Assembly: GCA_963758495.1 (NCBI GenBank)
Contig: CAVWVI010000003.1
Span: 1,248,001 to 1,312,000, forward strand
DNA: 64,000 nucleotides
From: Oligoflexia bacterium
Lineage (GTDB): Bacteria; Bdellovibrionota; UBA1018
Reading direction: 5' to 3'
The notes beneath the pieces were generated by a model, which had not been told where the DNA came from, did no database searches, and worked only from the letters and a program-made list of their open reading frames with translations. Of the stretch, positions 33,372 through 43,370 are shown one piece after another (the stretch's first letter is position 1; every line of letters starts with the position of its first letter). Position numbers and translations under genes: made by a program.

Positions 33372-33939
33372 GAAATAACATCGCCACGCCTATCCAAAGA
33401 TGAACCCCTATTGGATTCCAAATCAGACAAGCAATCGCCGCTACCAGTAATCCAGAAATACTGGCAAGCGAAACAATTCGTTTATGAATAAATGCTAAAA
33501 CAAACCCAATCACCCCCGCCAATGCGGCAATGGGGGAAAGAATCAAAATGACTCCAAAGGCAGTCGCAACGCCCTTGCCTCCTTTAAAGTTGAGCCAGGG
33601 AGAATAACAATGACCCAGCATCACTAAAAGTCCAGTAGCCCATTGAAGTGAAGGCGTAATGTCCAGACTCGTAAATTCGACGACCCCTCCAAAAAGTAAG
33701 GTTAAAAATTGAACACCCAAAGAAGTCACCAAGAAAACCGCCAATGAGCCTTTTCCTACATCTAAAAGAAAGGTTACAAAACCAGCCGGCCAAAATCCAA
33801 TGACCCGAGATACATTAGTTGCTCCTATGTTACCACTTCCTCTTTGGTCCAAGTTTTTAACTTTAAAAATTCGCGCCACCAAGAGACCAAACGGGATGGA
33901 TCCGAGGAAAAAGGCAAAACTGAACAGATAGACTGTCAC
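33304..33939 (-). CDS. plsY: Glycerol-3-phosphate acyltransferase
   Basis: LGSIPFG, GSGNIGATNVSR, GH...FKGGKGVAT, RH..NI motifs. Confidence 0.95.
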   Translation of the reverse strand: MTVYLFSFAFFLGSIPFGLLVARIFKVKNLDQRGSGNIGATNVSRVIGFWPAGFVTFLLDVGKGSLAVFLVTSLGVQFLTLLFGGVVEFTSLDITPSLQWATGLLVMLGHCYSPWLNFKGGKGVATAFGVILILSPIAALAGVIGFVLAFIHKRIVSLASISGLLVAAIACLIWNPIGVHLWIGVAMLFLVLIRHEVNIDALLENTEKPFY

Positions 33940-34772
33940 GCGCTACTCACCCCTTTATCATCCTTTATATTTTGGGCCTTTATATTTTGCATCGATTGAT
34001 CTTTATTTTCAACTTGCTTCAGTCGTAAAAACAAGGCGATTGCTGCACCTATAAAGATAAAAATACAGATAAATTGACTGGTAGACAAAACATCATCAAT
34101 AACAAATCCTCGAATTAAATCTCCTCGAAAAACTTCAATCACACTTCGTATAATCGGATAAATCAATAAATAAGTAAGAGCCACTTGGCCATCAAACAAC
34201 TTACGACGAAACACCACCAAAAGGCCTAAAAAAAGCAAAAATAGCGAACCCGATTCATACAATTGCGTAGGGTGAAGGGGTATCCCTTGAAATTGCCGTT
34301 CCACTAGCTCTGAATACAAACGAACGCCAAAAGAAGTTCCTGTCGGTTTTCCATAACAGCAACCCGCTGCTAAGCAACCTAAGCGACCAAACGCATGAGC
34401 AATGACTAGCCCCGGAGTCAAAACGTCGAGTACTTTCCAAACAGGTAATTTATGTTTGCGGACATACCAAATCACAAATGGAATAGTCGCGATCGGCCCC
34501 CCCAGGAATACGAGCCCACCTTCCCAAATTCGGAAGATATCTAACGGATCATTTGCAAAGGAATTCCAACGCGTAATGACGTAGAGGATTCGAGCCCCTA
34601 AGAATCCCACTAAGAGACTCCAAAAAGTTAAATCGAGTACTTTTTCAACATCAAGTTTTGTTCGAATAGATAGCCGCTTAATCACTGAAAGGGCAATTAA
34701 AAACCCCGTCGCAATCAAGAACCCGTAAGTATGAATTGGAATTGGCCCTATTTTAAGAAGTAAAGGATGCAT
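33936..34772 (-). CDS. lgt: Prolipoprotein diacylglyceryl transferase
   Basis: GARILYV, IWEGGLVFLGG, GRLGCLAAGCCYG, HPTQLYE motifs. Confidence 0.95.
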   Translation of the reverse strand: MHPLLLKIGPIPIHTYGFLIATGFLIALSVIKRLSIRTKLDVEKVLDLTFWSLLVGFLGARILYVITRWNSFANDPLDIFRIWEGGLVFLGGPIATIPFVIWYVRKHKLPVWKVLDVLTPGLVIAHAFGRLGCLAAGCCYGKPTGTSFGVRLYSELVERQFQGIPLHPTQLYESGSLFLLFLGLLVVFRRKLFDGQVALTYLLIYPIIRSVIEVFRGDLIRGFVIDDVLSTSQFICIFIFIGAAIALFLRLKQVENKDQSMQNIKAQNIKDDKGVSSA

Positions 34773-35286
34773 GAACTTGATGTCCCTTTTGAGTAAATAG
34801 ATCCAACATGATTAAACCCACTCCCACACAAATTGCGGAATCCGCTATATTAAATGCGGGGAAATGGTATCCCCACTTCCAATGAAAATCGAGAAAATCA
34901 ATCACAAATCCTAATGTCAATCGATCATATAGATTTCCAATGGCTCCCGCAATCACAAGAGAAAGCGCCGTTGCAAGTTTCTTATCCTGATCTGGAACCT
35001 TCTGAAAAACATAAATAATCGAAAATAAAGCGACTATAGGAACCACAATAAAGAAGGGGACTCGAAACTTTGGATCCGCCTGGGCTAAGAGTCCAAAAGC
35101 CGCCCCTTTATTCTGAACGTAAGTTAAATTGAAAAAATCTAATACTACCGGAAGACTTTCACCTAATTTAAATCGATCTAGAATCCAAGCTTTAGTCAAT
35201 TGATCAAAAAGAATGACTGAGCCGGTAACAATCAATAAAATGACGTACTTGTTTATTGTAGTCGACTTTTTTAACGCTCGTTTCAT
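34753..35286 (-). CDS. lspA: Lipoprotein signal peptidase II
   Basis: DQLTK, NKGAAFG, GAIGNLYDR, VIDFLD, FNIADS motifs; GGAGG RBS before ATG 35286. Confidence 0.95.
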   Translation of the reverse strand: MKRALKKSTTINKYVILLIVTGSVILFDQLTKAWILDRFKLGESLPVVLDFFNLTYVQNKGAAFGLLAQADPKFRVPFFIVVPIVALFSIIYVFQKVPDQDKKLATALSLVIAGAIGNLYDRLTLGFVIDFLDFHWKWGYHFPAFNIADSAICVGVGLIMLDLFTQKGHQVHASFTS

Positions 35287-35325
35287 GAAACTCCCTCCAC
35301 ACATCTATGACACAGATCTAAGTAG

Positions 35326-36009
35326 TTATCGACCGCGAATAGATTGATTAGTTGTTGTTCGTAAAATAACCGGTGAGCGGCAACGCCCACAATAGGGATC
35401 CCTTTGTTGAATATCTTGGCATGCTACTAAAAGACTTCCTGATTCTTGAAGTTCAGCAATGATTGGCCCATCCGATTGAAGTTCGACAGGTGCACCATGA
35501 ACTACACTCGTTCCGACACCGAGTGTACCCAGTGTACCCCATGTGCCCATTGGACAATGATCTCCAACACTCATCAGGAGCTTTTTCGGCAAGAAAGGAT
35601 GTTGAACAGACTGTCGATCTAACCTCTCTGCGTTAAATATCAGGAGAGGTTCAGATAATTTTTCAAAGCCTGCGATTTTTTCTATCGCTTCTTGAAATGG
35701 CTGTCCCAAAATCCAGATTTCATTCCCATCCAAAGTAGGAATGAGAATGGCGATGTATTGCATTCGTGAGCTCAACGTAATGCCAAGAGTTTCAGAGAGA
35801 ATCCCAGGCGTCTTTGTCCAAACTAAAATACTCGTTCGAACAGCGCCTGCATTTAATGCAACATTTTTCAACTCAGAAAACTCCGCTAAGGCCTCCCGCG
35901 TTAAATCAAACTTCACATAAATGGATAGACTGTTTTTTTCCTCATACCGAATCTCCGCATCGGGAAGAACAGTGACACAGTGGGCACACCAAAACTTATT
36001 TTCATTCAT
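35326..36009 (-). CDS. Stand-alone degenerate IleRS CP1 (editing) region at the usual ileS position upstream of lspA
   Basis: WCAHCVTVLPDAEIRY...SIYVKF, VWTKTPG, HPF, GTSVVHGAP and PYCGRCRSPVILR match the IleRS CP1 landmarks; no HIGH or KMSKS. Confidence 0.7.
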   Translation of the reverse strand: MNENKFWCAHCVTVLPDAEIRYEEKNSLSIYVKFDLTREALAEFSELKNVALNAGAVRTSILVWTKTPGILSETLGITLSSRMQYIAILIPTLDGNEIWILGQPFQEAIEKIAGFEKLSEPLLIFNAERLDRQSVQHPFLPKKLLMSVGDHCPMGTWGTLGTLGVGTSVVHGAPVELQSDGPIIAELQESGSLLVACQDIQQRDPYCGRCRSPVILRTTTNQSIRGR

Positions 36010-36044
36010 CTTCTAAATATATATCGCAGATGAATGACGTTTGC

Positions 36045-36989
36045 TCAAGAACACTGATTGATATGTGTAATGTTATGAAAATAACAACCCCTCGGCAACT
36101 TACATTCAGGTAACGCACTGCTTCCGCCAGCCGAAGGTGTTGAAGGCATTCCTGAAGGAGTCGCTGATGGATGTATCACGGGAAGCGGAGATGGCACTGA
36201 GGACGGTAGAGTTGTTATCGGCACCATTGAAGGAACGGACGAAGGTAATGACTCAGGAGATAAGGCCCATGAAACTTCGGATCTTCTAAGCGGTAAGGAA
36301 GGAGACGGAGAAGGAGACGGAATTGGAGACAAAGATGGCGACGGAGATAAAGTTGGAGTTGGAGTTGAATCTGGGGTTGAAGTTGAGGTTGGAGTTGAAG
36401 AAGAACCCGGATAGGGAGTGCGAGAAGGGTATGGAAAAGGAGCAATCACTGACTGATAAGGTTGTCCAAGCCACCACACTGTCTCTACGTGAATCTTTGC
36501 TTTATCCCGATCTGTACAATCAATTTTTCCCCAGAGATTCCCGGTCAAGGGAGTCGCACAATTGAGAGTCCCTGAGCCATCATTTTTCAACTTAGCCATT
36601 CCAGCATCAATGATCAGATAAAAGCTTCCATCAGGCATCACTTCCCACGTATTTGCTGCACCAGAATGCGGAGTAATCCCTCGTATATCTAAAGTCTTCT
36701 TTTTACAATCCGCCTGCAAGACCAGAGGCTGCAATGGCTCGACGAGTTCAACTGAAGGTAATCCTATTGGACAACTCCAAAGCTCCAATGGAACCTCATG
36801 GGGAGCAGAAAATGATCCATATGGACACTGGCTGCCAAATTGAGCAGAACCCACTACAGTTGTCATACCTGGGGAAAATTCCATGGGAGGATTACTAGAA
36901 ATAGGCAAGGAAGAATCCAAATCCCCCCTACCACAGCCACAAATACCGATCAAAAGCGCCAGGATCGCCAGCCATGTTCTCACATTCAT
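36045..36989 (-). CDS. Cys-rich predicted lipoprotein with internal Pro/Ser/Thr-rich segment
   Basis: Signal peptide ending ICG-C; several Cys; long (SP/TP)n tract before the final CxLPxGC...C. Confidence 0.65.
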   Translation of the reverse strand: MNVRTWLAILALLIGICGCGRGDLDSSLPISSNPPMEFSPGMTTVVGSAQFGSQCPYGSFSAPHEVPLELWSCPIGLPSVELVEPLQPLVLQADCKKKTLDIRGITPHSGAANTWEVMPDGSFYLIIDAGMAKLKNDGSGTLNCATPLTGNLWGKIDCTDRDKAKIHVETVWWLGQPYQSVIAPFPYPSRTPYPGSSSTPTSTSTPDSTPTPTLSPSPSLSPIPSPSPSPSLPLRRSEVSWALSPESLPSSVPSMVPITTLPSSVPSPLPVIHPSATPSGMPSTPSAGGSSALPECKLPRGCYFHNITHINQCS

Positions 36990-37409
36990 GAAAACGGCAA
37001 TTGCAATTCAAAAGCCAACCAGCCATGTGCTCAACGCGTGATGTTCTCAGACCTATGCACCGTGGACTTGATTCATTAAAAATAATGCAATTAAAGTTAA
37101 AACAATCAACGTCACCGGAATGATAATCCCCGCTGGGAACCCCTCCTTTTTTTTTGCCATCTATCCCCCTGCTCTGAAGTGTCTGCGCAAGATGTGCCAT
37201 AAACTCAGATTCAAGCATTCGTCCAAAAATAGCCAATATAAAGGATAACTTTAAGATAAATATATAATATATACTATTAATAGAGCGCGCCTGGGGCCAA
37301 ATCGAATCCAGTTCTTTTGAGCAAAATGGACCTGATACTTCACCTATCTCGCATTCTTCCTAACAAGTGAAAAATAACCCTCAAGGTGCCCCACCTTCAC
37401 TGCCTTTCT

Positions 37410-39060
37410 TCACTCATTCGGTATTTGACTGAGAAGGTGCCGAGCTTCCTCCATTTTGCCCAACTGTTTATAGGACCATGCAGCGTTAAAGTAGATTTCC
37501 TTAAATTGAGCGCCCGCCTGAATACCCAAAAGAAACTCATTGAGAGCATTCGAATGTGCGCCTCGTCTTGAATAATAGTTTCCCAAGTTATTATGAGCCT
37601 CTGCATAGCTCGGATTCAACTCAATGGCTTTTTTGTAATCAGTTGCGGCGTCCTCAAACTGACTCAGATGCTCTGCCACCAATCCCAAATTATAATAAGC
37701 CTTATCTAAATCTGGACGAGCATCTCTGGCTTTTTGAAACTCACCCAACGCCAATGGCCAATCGCCTCTCTCAAAATAAACCCTTCCTAAATTATTATGA
37801 GCCATGGCAGTTCCAGGATACTTCTCTAAAACATCTTTCCATAAACTCTCACCATCCGCCCACACCAGCGATCTCTCAGAAGTGAAAAGACCCTGCGTAC
37901 AAACCAGAATTACGATAAAAAATAAGAAAACAGGAGCCAAATACCCTTTATACCCTTTTTTGCTTTTTAAGAACTGATGCGCAGTACCCACTACGAAAAA
38001 CAGTAAACCAATACTAGAAAGATAAAGATACCTGTCATTAAAAATAGAATATTCTCCAAATGGAATTATTTTTAAAACGGGGACCAAAGCAAGAACGAAA
38101 AACATCATTCCAAATGTCGCACCTTTCGAACGCAAACCCGGAGTAATGCAATACACAAAGAGGAGCAATCCGAGGATCAACACCGGAATATACATATGAT
38201 TAGATAAATGAATCAGCCGAATATCATAATAAGCCGACAACTTCAGAGGATAGACAAATTGATAAAGGTAAAACACAAGACCCTTTGCCGCCCAGATTCC
38301 CCTTCTCAATAAAGATAAGCTGAAAATTTCGGGTGGATGAAGCAAATGATTTGAATAACCTTGAGCAGTGAATAACCCCATCCCGAGAGATAGAATAAAA
38401 AATGGAACCTTCTCCAGAACCATGCGAGTTGTGATCTTTCGTTTTTCAAGCTGATCTAATGCAAAAAACAAAACAGGAAGTACAACGGCAATGGATTTAG
38501 AAAGAAGCGTTAAAACGAACACGACCCAAACGACACAATAACTTTTCCAACTCAATGAAACACGAATGTACCGAATATAGGCCAAAAGAGTGAGTAAGAA
38601 AAAAAAGAGTAGAGACTGTATAATTACGTGCAGCAACCCAGGATACCGCTTCCACATGCACAGGGTGCGTCAAAAAAAGTAACGCGATCAAAAGTGCAAT
38701 GATGCGATTTCCATCCCACAACTTCACACAAAGGCTAACCACTAATATTGAATTGATGACATGCAAAATAAGACTCGTTAGATGAAAAACGAATGGGCTT
38801 CCACCTCCTAATTGATAATCCAAACTGAGACTAAATAAGGTCAAAGGATAATAATTACTGACTAATACAGTATTGAGAATTCTCTTAAGATCAAAATGCT
38901 GGATCGCAGCATTCCCTAGAAAAATCGAATCATCCCAATTCGTAAAGCCGTTCCCCAGGCTTTTCCCGTAAATACAAAATGCAAGGAGAGTGAGCCAGAA
39001 TAGGATAAGAACAGTTTGAAGATTTTTATTTTTTAAAATTTCCAGCTTCTTATAATTCAC
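37410..39060 (-). CDS. TMTC-like (GT-C fold) membrane glycosyltransferase with C-terminal TPRs; frameshift at the T8 tract 38599-38606
   Basis: FTNWDD, YYPLT, FHLTSLILH, HPVHVEAVSWVAAR, LLSKS, DRYLY and TPRs (AHNNLG) spread over ORFs 38497..39060 and 37410..38657. Confidence 0.8.
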
Positions 39061-40385
39061 TGATCTAGTTTAGCAAGTAATCGAGGAATGTGTTTAATCA
39101 AATAAAAAGGCACTGAAAGAATATTTCCATCTAATGATAAAGGTGCAGCAGAAATTTTTAACCCCATGGGGGCTTTTTTTTCCTCCATAAACTTGTGAAG
39201 TGATTTAAGGTGACCTCCTTTTCCAGACTTAACCTCAATTGGCATAATACGAGATCCCACTTGAACTACATAATCAACTTCTGCTGAGCTATTCTTCTTT
39301 TCTCGTTTCCAGAAATAAAGATGAGGGGTCTCGTAGCAGTCTTGATATGCAAGTAACTCTTGTCCTACCACTTGCTCGGCCAGCGCTCCTGAACGAATTT
39401 GTAAAATATCTTCTTCCCATGGCATCTGTGGATTCACTTTCCCCGCAGCTTGTAACAAACCGACATCTAGAAATAGAAGCTTAAATTTTTTCTCATCAAC
39501 TTGAGATTGCAGCGGAATACCTGAAGCATTTGTTTCAAAAATGCAGTGAACTAGCCCAGACCATGTGAGCTGTTGAAGTGCTACTTTAAGCTCACGAGAA
39601 CGAGCTTCAGGATCAATTTCAACATACTTGAAGTGCTGCCCTACGACTCCAGGAGCTTTCTCGAAAAAGCGCTGAAGGTATTTATGCTGTGCCTTGGTGG
39701 AATACTTTCCGAAATCACTTTGATAGGATTGCAAGAGTGCTTGATGAATTCGATAAGACTCTAAAAACGTTTTACTTTCCACAAAAGCTTTTACAGCCGC
39801 CGGCATTCCCCCCACAAGGAGATATTGTTTGAATAGAATCAATATATGTTCATGAAGCCCACTCTCGAACTGGTCTGATAAAGTAATTTTAGATAAATAC
39901 TCTATTATTTTATTTTCCCCCAATGCGTCTAAGAACTCTTGAAATGAGAGAGGTTTTAAATAAATGAATTGAACCCTACCTACCGGAAAGGAGAACTTTT
40001 CTTCCTGCAATGTAAACTCTAAAAGTGAACCTGCGCCTATCACATGAAGCTGCGGAAGCTTTTCTTTGAAATAGCGTAATGACAGCAAAGCTTTTGGACA
40101 TTCTTGAATTTCATCAAAAAACAACAAACATTCACCTGGGCGAATACTCCTATTCGTCAAGATTTCAAGAGTTGAAATAATTTTAAAAGGATCCAGAGCC
40201 TCAAAGGCCCTACCCAAAGAAGGCTGAAGCTCAAAATTAAGAGTGATCACCGACTTAAAATGTTCACTGCCAAAGTTTTCAACAAGATAGCTCTTACCCA
40301 CCTGCCTGGCACCTCGAAGAATAAGAGGGAGGCGTTCCGCTTGGTTTTTCCACTGAATCAGGACGTCTTGTAATTCACGTTTCAT
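39057..40385 (-). CDS. AAA_14/DUF4143 ATP-binding protein
   Basis: GARQVGKS, FFDEIQ, GGMP, EVDYV...IEVKSG; the ORF extension upstream of 40385 is an inverted repeat. Confidence 0.9.
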   Translation of the reverse strand: MKRELQDVLIQWKNQAERLPLILRGARQVGKSYLVENFGSEHFKSVITLNFELQPSLGRAFEALDPFKIISTLEILTNRSIRPGECLLFFDEIQECPKALLSLRYFKEKLPQLHVIGAGSLLEFTLQEEKFSFPVGRVQFIYLKPLSFQEFLDALGENKIIEYLSKITLSDQFESGLHEHILILFKQYLLVGGMPAAVKAFVESKTFLESYRIHQALLQSYQSDFGKYSTKAQHKYLQRFFEKAPGVVGQHFKYVEIDPEARSRELKVALQQLTWSGLVHCIFETNASGIPLQSQVDEKKFKLLFLDVGLLQAAGKVNPQMPWEEDILQIRSGALAEQVVGQELLAYQDCYETPHLYFWKREKKNSSAEVDYVVQVGSRIMPIEVKSGKGGHLKSLHKFMEEKKAPMGLKISAAPLSLDGNILSVPFYLIKHIPRLLAKLDQ

Positions 40386-40386
40386 A

Positions 40387-40462
40387 TTACCTTGGATAAT
40401 AACCAAATAATGGACATTATCCAAGGTAATTATATCCATTATTTGGTTATTATCCAAGGTAA
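40387..40462. promoter_or_regulatory. Perfect 28-bp inverted repeat immediately upstream of the AAA/DUF4143 start
   Basis: TTACCTTGGATAATAACCAAATAATGGA (40387-40414) and its reverse complement (40435-40462); the loop carries a third ATTATCCAAGGTAA. Confidence 0.8.
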
Positions 40463-40650
40463 GTTACAATTCTGGACTAAAATGCATAGGAGTAAAGAAT
40501 GCAGGACTCAGTGCCCAAACTACAATCAAGCTCAACTCTGGGCACTTTGAGAGCAGTAATGGTGGAGCTTGATTGCAGTCTGGGTCGTACTGAATCAAAG
40601 ATAGGGACTTGTGACAGCGGGGGACGGGATCTTTACGCTGCCACAAGTCC

Positions 40651-41988
40651 CTATCCTTTTGTTATCGTCTCAATCATCCCCCGCAAACTCACCTGGCCAG
40701 TATAGTTTCCAAAGAGAATTCTTCCAGGCTGAGAACACCATCCGCTTTTTGCCATCTCCCATGCCGTCATCAACTTTTCGCCGTACTGAGGTATTGCTTG
40801 TTGCCATTGATGAATCACACAACCATCCACGGTGCCCCGTAGCCCAAAAAGAAAGCGTAGCTCCGTCTCGATGACTTCCTGAATACGGCTTTCTTCAGAG
40901 TGAAACACTTCCACATGCGCAGCTCCACCCAACATGACCGTCATTGAAACAAATTCATCCTCATTTAAGACACGATCTACAAAAGCACTCGAATTAAAGA
41001 GAACCCCCAGACAACTACGTCCTTCCTTTTCAGGAATCAGGACACCCACACCTTGAGGAACGCGTGCCAATTTGTCTTTTTTCACAAAAACACTGGCGCA
41101 GACCAATGACGTATAAGGAACCTCCTGTAACGCACGAGACAGCTTATGATCATGCCCTTCTAGTAACCCCCCCGCAACACCTGCCGGAACAGTCAGAATG
41201 ATATTCCCGGCTACGGGCAGTTCCTTTACAGGCATTCCAGTCACTAATCGGTCTCCCAATCTTTCACGCAGTCTCTTCTCCAAATGATGAACGAGATCCT
41301 CCATACCGTTCTTCGGAGCCATCATGACGGGTTTTGTATTCCCATCCTGATTGTGAACTTTCTTCCACATTTTTTTTCCAAAATTTTTCCACTGATTTTT
41401 CCAGTGATTTCTATGGATTAATTTTGACAATTGATAACTCAAGAAAGAATGTCCACGCGGCACGACTAACGATGGAAAAGCAGCGCCTATTGAAATTTCC
41501 AGGGGATCCGCTCCGTAGATCCCATGGATCATAGGATTAAATAAATAATCCAGTGAAGCCTGACCCAAATACCTTTTTACCCACTGACTCACACTCAATT
41601 TCTCTGGCTCGGTTTTCGAATCCGCTAAAACAAAGTAAGCACGAGTGAACGCCTCAATCACTTCGCTCGCCCGAAGAGGAAAGCGTTTCATTTTTCCATT
41701 TCTTAAAATAAAGCGCGCCTTTGAATCACGTCGGATTCCGACTAATTCAACTCCCAGCTCATCACAAAAACGACGTACCTTTTCGGTCACTAAAATCGAA
41801 TGCGCCGCTCTTTCCGCTATCCCCCACGGGGTTCGCTCAGTTCGGATCAAACCCCCCAAAGTAGTTTCCGATTCAATCAACCGAACATGATACCCTTTTT
41901 TATCAAGCTTATATGCAATCAGTAGCCCGGCGATTCCGCCTCCTACTACTGTCACATCTCGTTGATTTAAATTGAGCGTTCCAATCAT
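40651..41988 (-). CDS. hemY: Protoporphyrinogen/coproporphyrinogen oxidase, HemY type
   Basis: FAD motif VVGGGIAGL, GIYGADP, WQQAIPQY; last gene of the hem operon. Confidence 0.85.
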   Translation of the reverse strand: MIGTLNLNQRDVTVVGGGIAGLLIAYKLDKKGYHVRLIESETTLGGLIRTERTPWGIAERAAHSILVTEKVRRFCDELGVELVGIRRDSKARFILRNGKMKRFPLRASEVIEAFTRAYFVLADSKTEPEKLSVSQWVKRYLGQASLDYLFNPMIHGIYGADPLEISIGAAFPSLVVPRGHSFLSYQLSKLIHRNHWKNQWKNFGKKMWKKVHNQDGNTKPVMMAPKNGMEDLVHHLEKRLRERLGDRLVTGMPVKELPVAGNIILTVPAGVAGGLLEGHDHKLSRALQEVPYTSLVCASVFVKKDKLARVPQGVGVLIPEKEGRSCLGVLFNSSAFVDRVLNEDEFVSMTVMLGGAAHVEVFHSEESRIQEVIETELRFLFGLRGTVDGCVIHQWQQAIPQYGEKLMTAWEMAKSGWCSQPGRILFGNYTGQVSLRGMIETITKG

Positions 41989-41990
41989 TT

Positions 41991-43370
41991 TTAAACCGTT
42001 CGACTAAACAGTTCCGTCGTAGGTGCCTTTTGAATTAAACGTGCATCAAAGGCCATACAAATATTTCTTAAAAAAACCCGCCCCTTTTCAGTGATTTGAC
42101 AAGAATTCGATGACAATTGAACCAAACCATCCGCTTCGAGTTCTTTCAATCGCCCTGGAACAGTCGCCAAATGAGGTGTATCCAACTCAGCCGAACTCCA
42201 TTCTGTTTGCATCCGTGTCATTAAATTTAAAATATGTCGTCGGAGAATTCGATCTTCATCAGTTAAAATATGCCCTCTATGAATAGGAATTTCACCCTTT
42301 TCAACTCTGGCCTGGTAAGTCTCAACGAGTTTTTCATTTTGCGCAAAGGCGCTCCAAGAATCTCCTATGGCAGAAACTCCCAAACCAATCAGAGGAGAAA
42401 CCTGCTTTGCAGTGTAACCCATAAAGTTTCGATGCAATGATTCATTCAAAGCCGATTTCCAAAGAGTATCCGATTCAAGTGCAAAATGATCCATCCCTAT
42501 TTCGTGATATCCCACCTCTTCAAGCATCTTCCGACCCAGCTCATAAAGCGCTCGTTTGTCATCTCCAGACGGCAAATCAGCTTCCGTAAACCGACGCTGA
42601 CCCGGCTTGATCCAAGGCACATGGGCGTACCCATAGAAAGCGATACGATCAGGGCGATGCTTTCGAACGACCTCCACTGTATTCGCCACACTCTGCAAAG
42701 TTTGATAGGGCAATCCATAAATCAAATCATAATTGATACTGGTATAACCCATCTCCCTCGCCGCTTGTGTCACCCTCAAAACTTCTTCTTCGGATTGAAC
42801 TCGATGAACAATCTCCTGAACCTTAGGATCAAAATCCTGAATTCCCAAGCTCAACCGCTTAAATCCTCTTTTATAGAGCGCCAGTAAATGCTCTGGCTGC
42901 GTGACTCTGGGGTCCGCCTCTACAGAAAACTCTGCTGTTTGCGTGACCTCGGCAGCAGATAAGATGCCGTCAACTAACTCCTCCAATTCAGATGGACTTA
43001 AAAAAGTCGGGGTGCCTCCTCCTAAATGGATCTCTCCTATTGTGATTTTTGGTGTGATTTTTCGATTGAGCCGAGCTAAATAAAGTGCCCACTCTTTCAA
43101 TACACTAGAAATGTAGGACTTAGCGACACTATGATTCCGAGTGATGCGAGTATTACATCCACAGTACGTGCAAAGACTTTGACAATAAGGGATATGAATA
43201 TACAGTGCGGCTCCAATCCCCCGCTTTTCACTTTCATCTAACGCCTGAGCAATACTTTCCAGCCACTCTTCTTCGGTAGGAGTAACAGCCCAATAAGGCA
43301 CTGTAGGATAGCTCGTATAACGAGGTCCTGGAATATTATATTTCTTAAGTAAAGACGAAGAAACTTTCAT
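41991..43370 (-). CDS. hemN: Oxygen-independent coproporphyrinogen III oxidase
   Basis: GPRYTSYPT, HIPYCQSLCTYCGC, GGGTPT, RNFMGYT. Confidence 0.95.
   Translation of the reverse strand: MKVSSSLLKKYNIPGPRYTSYPTVPYWAVTPTEEEWLESIAQALDESEKRGIGAALYIHIPYCQSLCTYCGCNTRITRNHSVAKSYISSVLKEWALYLARLNRKITPKITIGEIHLGGGTPTFLSPSELEELVDGILSAAEVTQTAEFSVEADPRVTQPEHLLALYKRGFKRLSLGIQDFDPKVQEIVHRVQSEEEVLRVTQAAREMGYTSINYDLIYGLPYQTLQSVANTVEVVRKHRPDRIAFYGYAHVPWIKPGQRRFTEADLPSGDDKRALYELGRKMLEEVGYHEIGMDHFALESDTLWKSALNESLHRNFMGYTAKQVSPLIGLGVSAIGDSWSAFAQNEKLVETYQARVEKGEIPIHRGHILTDEDRILRRHILNLMTRMQTEWSSAELDTPHLATVPGRLKELEADGLVQLSSNSCQITEKGRVFLRNICMAFDARLIQKAPTTELFSRTV

Noticed and set aside
36928..37236. 102-aa ORF, or a riboswitch/sigma-54 promoter, upstream of the lipoprotein
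   Set aside because: No recognisable protein features; the GG-N10-GC match has a poor -12 element; no riboswitch consensus I can support.
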